Shown here one piece after another: positions 55,574 to 56,765 of a stretch of DNA of 56,765 nt. Within the stretch, counting starts at the first letter, position 1. The number at the start of each line of letters is the position of its first letter. This stretch comes from Candidatus Doudnabacteria bacterium CG10_big_fil_rev_8_21_14_0_10_41_10. Lineage in GTDB: Bacteria; Patescibacteriota; Doudnabacteria; UBA920; 2-01-FULL-50-11. Under the pieces are notes generated by a model. The model ran no database searches and had not been told where the DNA came from. It saw nothing but the letters and a program-made list of their open reading frames with translations. Where the stretch lies: positions 1 to 56,765 of the forward strand of contig PFAJ01000006.1 in assembly GCA_002773695.1 (NCBI GenBank). Reading direction: 5' to 3'. The translations under genes and the position numbers were made by a program.

Positions 55574-55959
55574 CTTCTTACCTCTACTACCATCAACCCA
55601 AAAAGCGAGAACATTTTTGTCCTTTTTTACTTCCGCGATAATTTTCTGAAATTTATTATCTGTGTTTATGATTTTGATTTATACATACTTTTATTATACA
55701 CCCCATCTTTTTTCTAAATCCATAACACTTGAATAATTAAAAAAATTCTTTTCCCAAAATGCAGAATCGCCAACTGCTTTTTTCGCCCAAGTTTCCTTAC
55801 GATTTGGTCGCCGACCTTGCCTCGCCGGAAGGCGGGACGAGCGAGGCGACTGCCTCTTGCTTGCAATTTCCTGTTTGATGGTTTCTGCCGGGCTTCCGCC
55901 AAAGGCGGACAGGCGAACCTGAATTCTATTTATATAGAAACAAAAAATGTCAACTTCTT

Positions 55960-56030
55960 TGGACCTAGGGAGAATCGAACTCCCCTCTCCGCCTTGCAAA
56001 GGCGGCGTCGTACCACTAGACCATAGGCCC
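55960..56030 (-). tRNA. tRNA-Ala (anticodon UGC)
   Basis: Hand-folded. Acceptor GGGCCTA/TAGGTCC with the G3:U70 alanine identity pair. Anticodon arm CCGCC TTTGCAA GGCGG. T arm GGGAG TTCGATT CTCCC. No encoded CCA. Confidence 0.9.
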
Positions 56031-56119
56031 TTAATAATTTAGCGGACCAAATGCTTGTCCACCGAATCCGCCATAGGCGGAGAAGGAGGAAGCTAAGGGC
56101 CCATAGTGGAAAAGCTTTT

Positions 56120-56317
56120 TTAGAAATATCCGAAAAGATGCAAAATTGAACCAATAATAAGTGCCACTCCAAAAAGTTTTAAAAATGTAAACGTCCCACC
56201 CCCGCCAAGATATTTTTCTGCGTCCGGGTCTTGTCCCATAAACCGATAAATCGCGGGCGTATACTTCAAAATTATAAATCCGAGAATTATTACCAGTATG
56301 CTATTGAATATTCCCAT
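56120..56317 (-). CDS. small two-TM membrane protein
   Basis: 65-aa ORF with two hydrophobic helices flanking GQDPDAEKYLGGGG. It lies between the two tRNA genes and has a weak ribosome site. Confidence 0.45.
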   Translation of the reverse strand: MGIFNSILVIILGFIILKYTPAIYRFMGQDPDAEKYLGGGGTFTFLKLFGVALIIGSILHLFGYF

Positions 56318-56507
56318 ATTTTTAATTTTAATTTTTTAGACTTTCCGATGGGTGTGAGAGGACTCGAATCTAAAAATACAATTTTGATACGATTCGCTTA
56401 ATCTTAATAAGGAATCGATGTTGATTTCCCAAACATACCCCCGACCTTAAGTAGCAAATGCTTCGCATGGCGACAGGAGTATAACTCTTCATTATAATTT
56501 AGTCTCT

Positions 56508-56585
56508 TGGTGGGCACGGATGGATTTGAACCATCGACCTTCTCATTATCAGTGAGATGCTCTAACCGGGCTGAGCTACGTGCCC
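56508..56585 (-). tRNA. tRNA-Ile (anticodon GAU), CCA encoded
   Basis: Hand-folded. GGGCACG TA GCTC AGCCCGGTTA GAGC A TCTCA CTGATAA TGAGA AGGTC GATGG TTCAAAT CCATC CGTGCCC A CCA. Confidence 0.9.
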
Positions 56586-56607
56586 AAAATTTTTAACCAA
56601 CTGCCTG

Positions 56608-56647
56608 CCCTCCTTAGTCCTCGATGTAAAATCGAGATGAAGGAGGG
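56608..56647. repeat. 40-nt nested hairpin upstream of tRNA-Ile
   Basis: CCCTCCTT agtc CTCGAT gtaaa ATCGAG atg AAGGAGGG. Confidence 0.6.
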
Positions 56648-56765
56648 AACTACACACCCCAGACTTTCCATACTTTAACAGGTTTTTTAAAACAAGTCAA
56701 AGCAAACGTACTGTGCCACTACCTTGGAAACACTTAGGGTATTCTTAAGATGAGTAATTAAAGAA

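Noticed and set aside
55694-56172. ORFs 55694-55999, 55714-55902, 55817-56026 and 55930-56172.
   Set aside because: They overlap the tRNA-Ala gene and GC-rich hairpin repeats. The products are Arg/Pro/Ser-rich, as is typical of translated repeat DNA.
56345-56445. A possible ~95-nt tRNA (long-arm or intron-containing) using GGGTATG...CACACCCA as the acceptor stem.
   Set aside because: The T stem does not pair (TTAGA vs CCTCT), no D arm is present, and the only central hairpin has a 9-bp stem unlike an anticodon arm. Only the 3'-end fragment is kept, as a low-interest finding.
56586-56765. A possible 16S rRNA 3' end (AAGGAGG..., complement of the anti-SD region) at the right edge upstream of tRNA-Ile.
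   Set aside because: The match is limited to AAGGAGGG, which is one arm of a 40-nt palindrome (CCCTCCTT...AAGGAGGG). The flanking bases do not continue as the conserved GGTGATCCAGCC sequence.
1-56765. Scan for CRISPR arrays, diversity-generating retroelements, reverse transcriptases, toxin-antitoxin pairs or known defence genes.
   Set aside because: No regularly spaced direct repeats, no RT motif (YxDD) ORF and no template/variable repeat pair were seen. Only the lone nucleotidyltransferase at 54929-55573 has a weak TA/defence flavour, and it has no HEPN-like partner gene.

Overview
AT-rich, tightly packed window with almost every gene on the minus strand and many start/stop overlaps (ATGA, TAATG). 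Gene content suggests a Candidate Phyla Radiation/Patescibacteria-type bacterium; this is inference only, based on a secretin-less type IV pilus set, a very heavy glycosyltransferase load and hairpin-rich intergenic DNA. Layout: (1) 0.4-30.4 kb is a cell-surface glycan or protein-glycosylation island. It holds 3 polyprenyl-phosphate-type GT2 genes, 2-3 GT-C/ArnT-like membrane transferases, 5 GT4 genes (one a double-domain fusion) and 3 methyltransferases. It also holds an RfbH-like sugar 3-dehydratase next to a ThDP enzyme and an SDR, an AsnB-type amidotransferase, a short UDP-glucose-dehydrogenase-like gene, a UDP-glucuronate-4-epimerase-like gene and a Wzy_C/O-antigen-ligase-like protein with TPR repeats. 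(2) 31.6-35.4 kb is a 1275-aa Thr/Ser/Gly/Ala-rich secreted surface protein. (3) 36.4-49.3 kb is a complete monoderm-style type IV pilus locus (pilM-N-O, pilB, receiver, pilT, pilC, two major-pilin candidates, pilD, four minor pilins). (4) 49.4-50.7 kb is an rve-type IS with a nonsense-disrupted transposase. (5) 50.7-53.2 kb carries DUF1905, VIT1 and DUF2914 genes. (6) 53.2-54.8 kb is a GC-rich two-gene membrane cassette bracketed by a 105-bp direct repeat. (7) 54.9-56.6 kb carries a nucleotidyltransferase, tRNA-Ala(UGC), a small membrane ORF and tRNA-Ile(GAU). The most interesting unexplained structure is a ~245-bp MITE-like inverted-repeat element present four times between pilus genes, whose palindromic core module also occurs in frame inside the asnB-like gene. 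Next come the repeat-bracketed GC-rich cassette and the RfbH-like/ThDP/SDR trio, which points to an unusual deoxy or branched sugar. No CRISPR array, reverse transcriptase, rRNA or recognisable defence system was seen.
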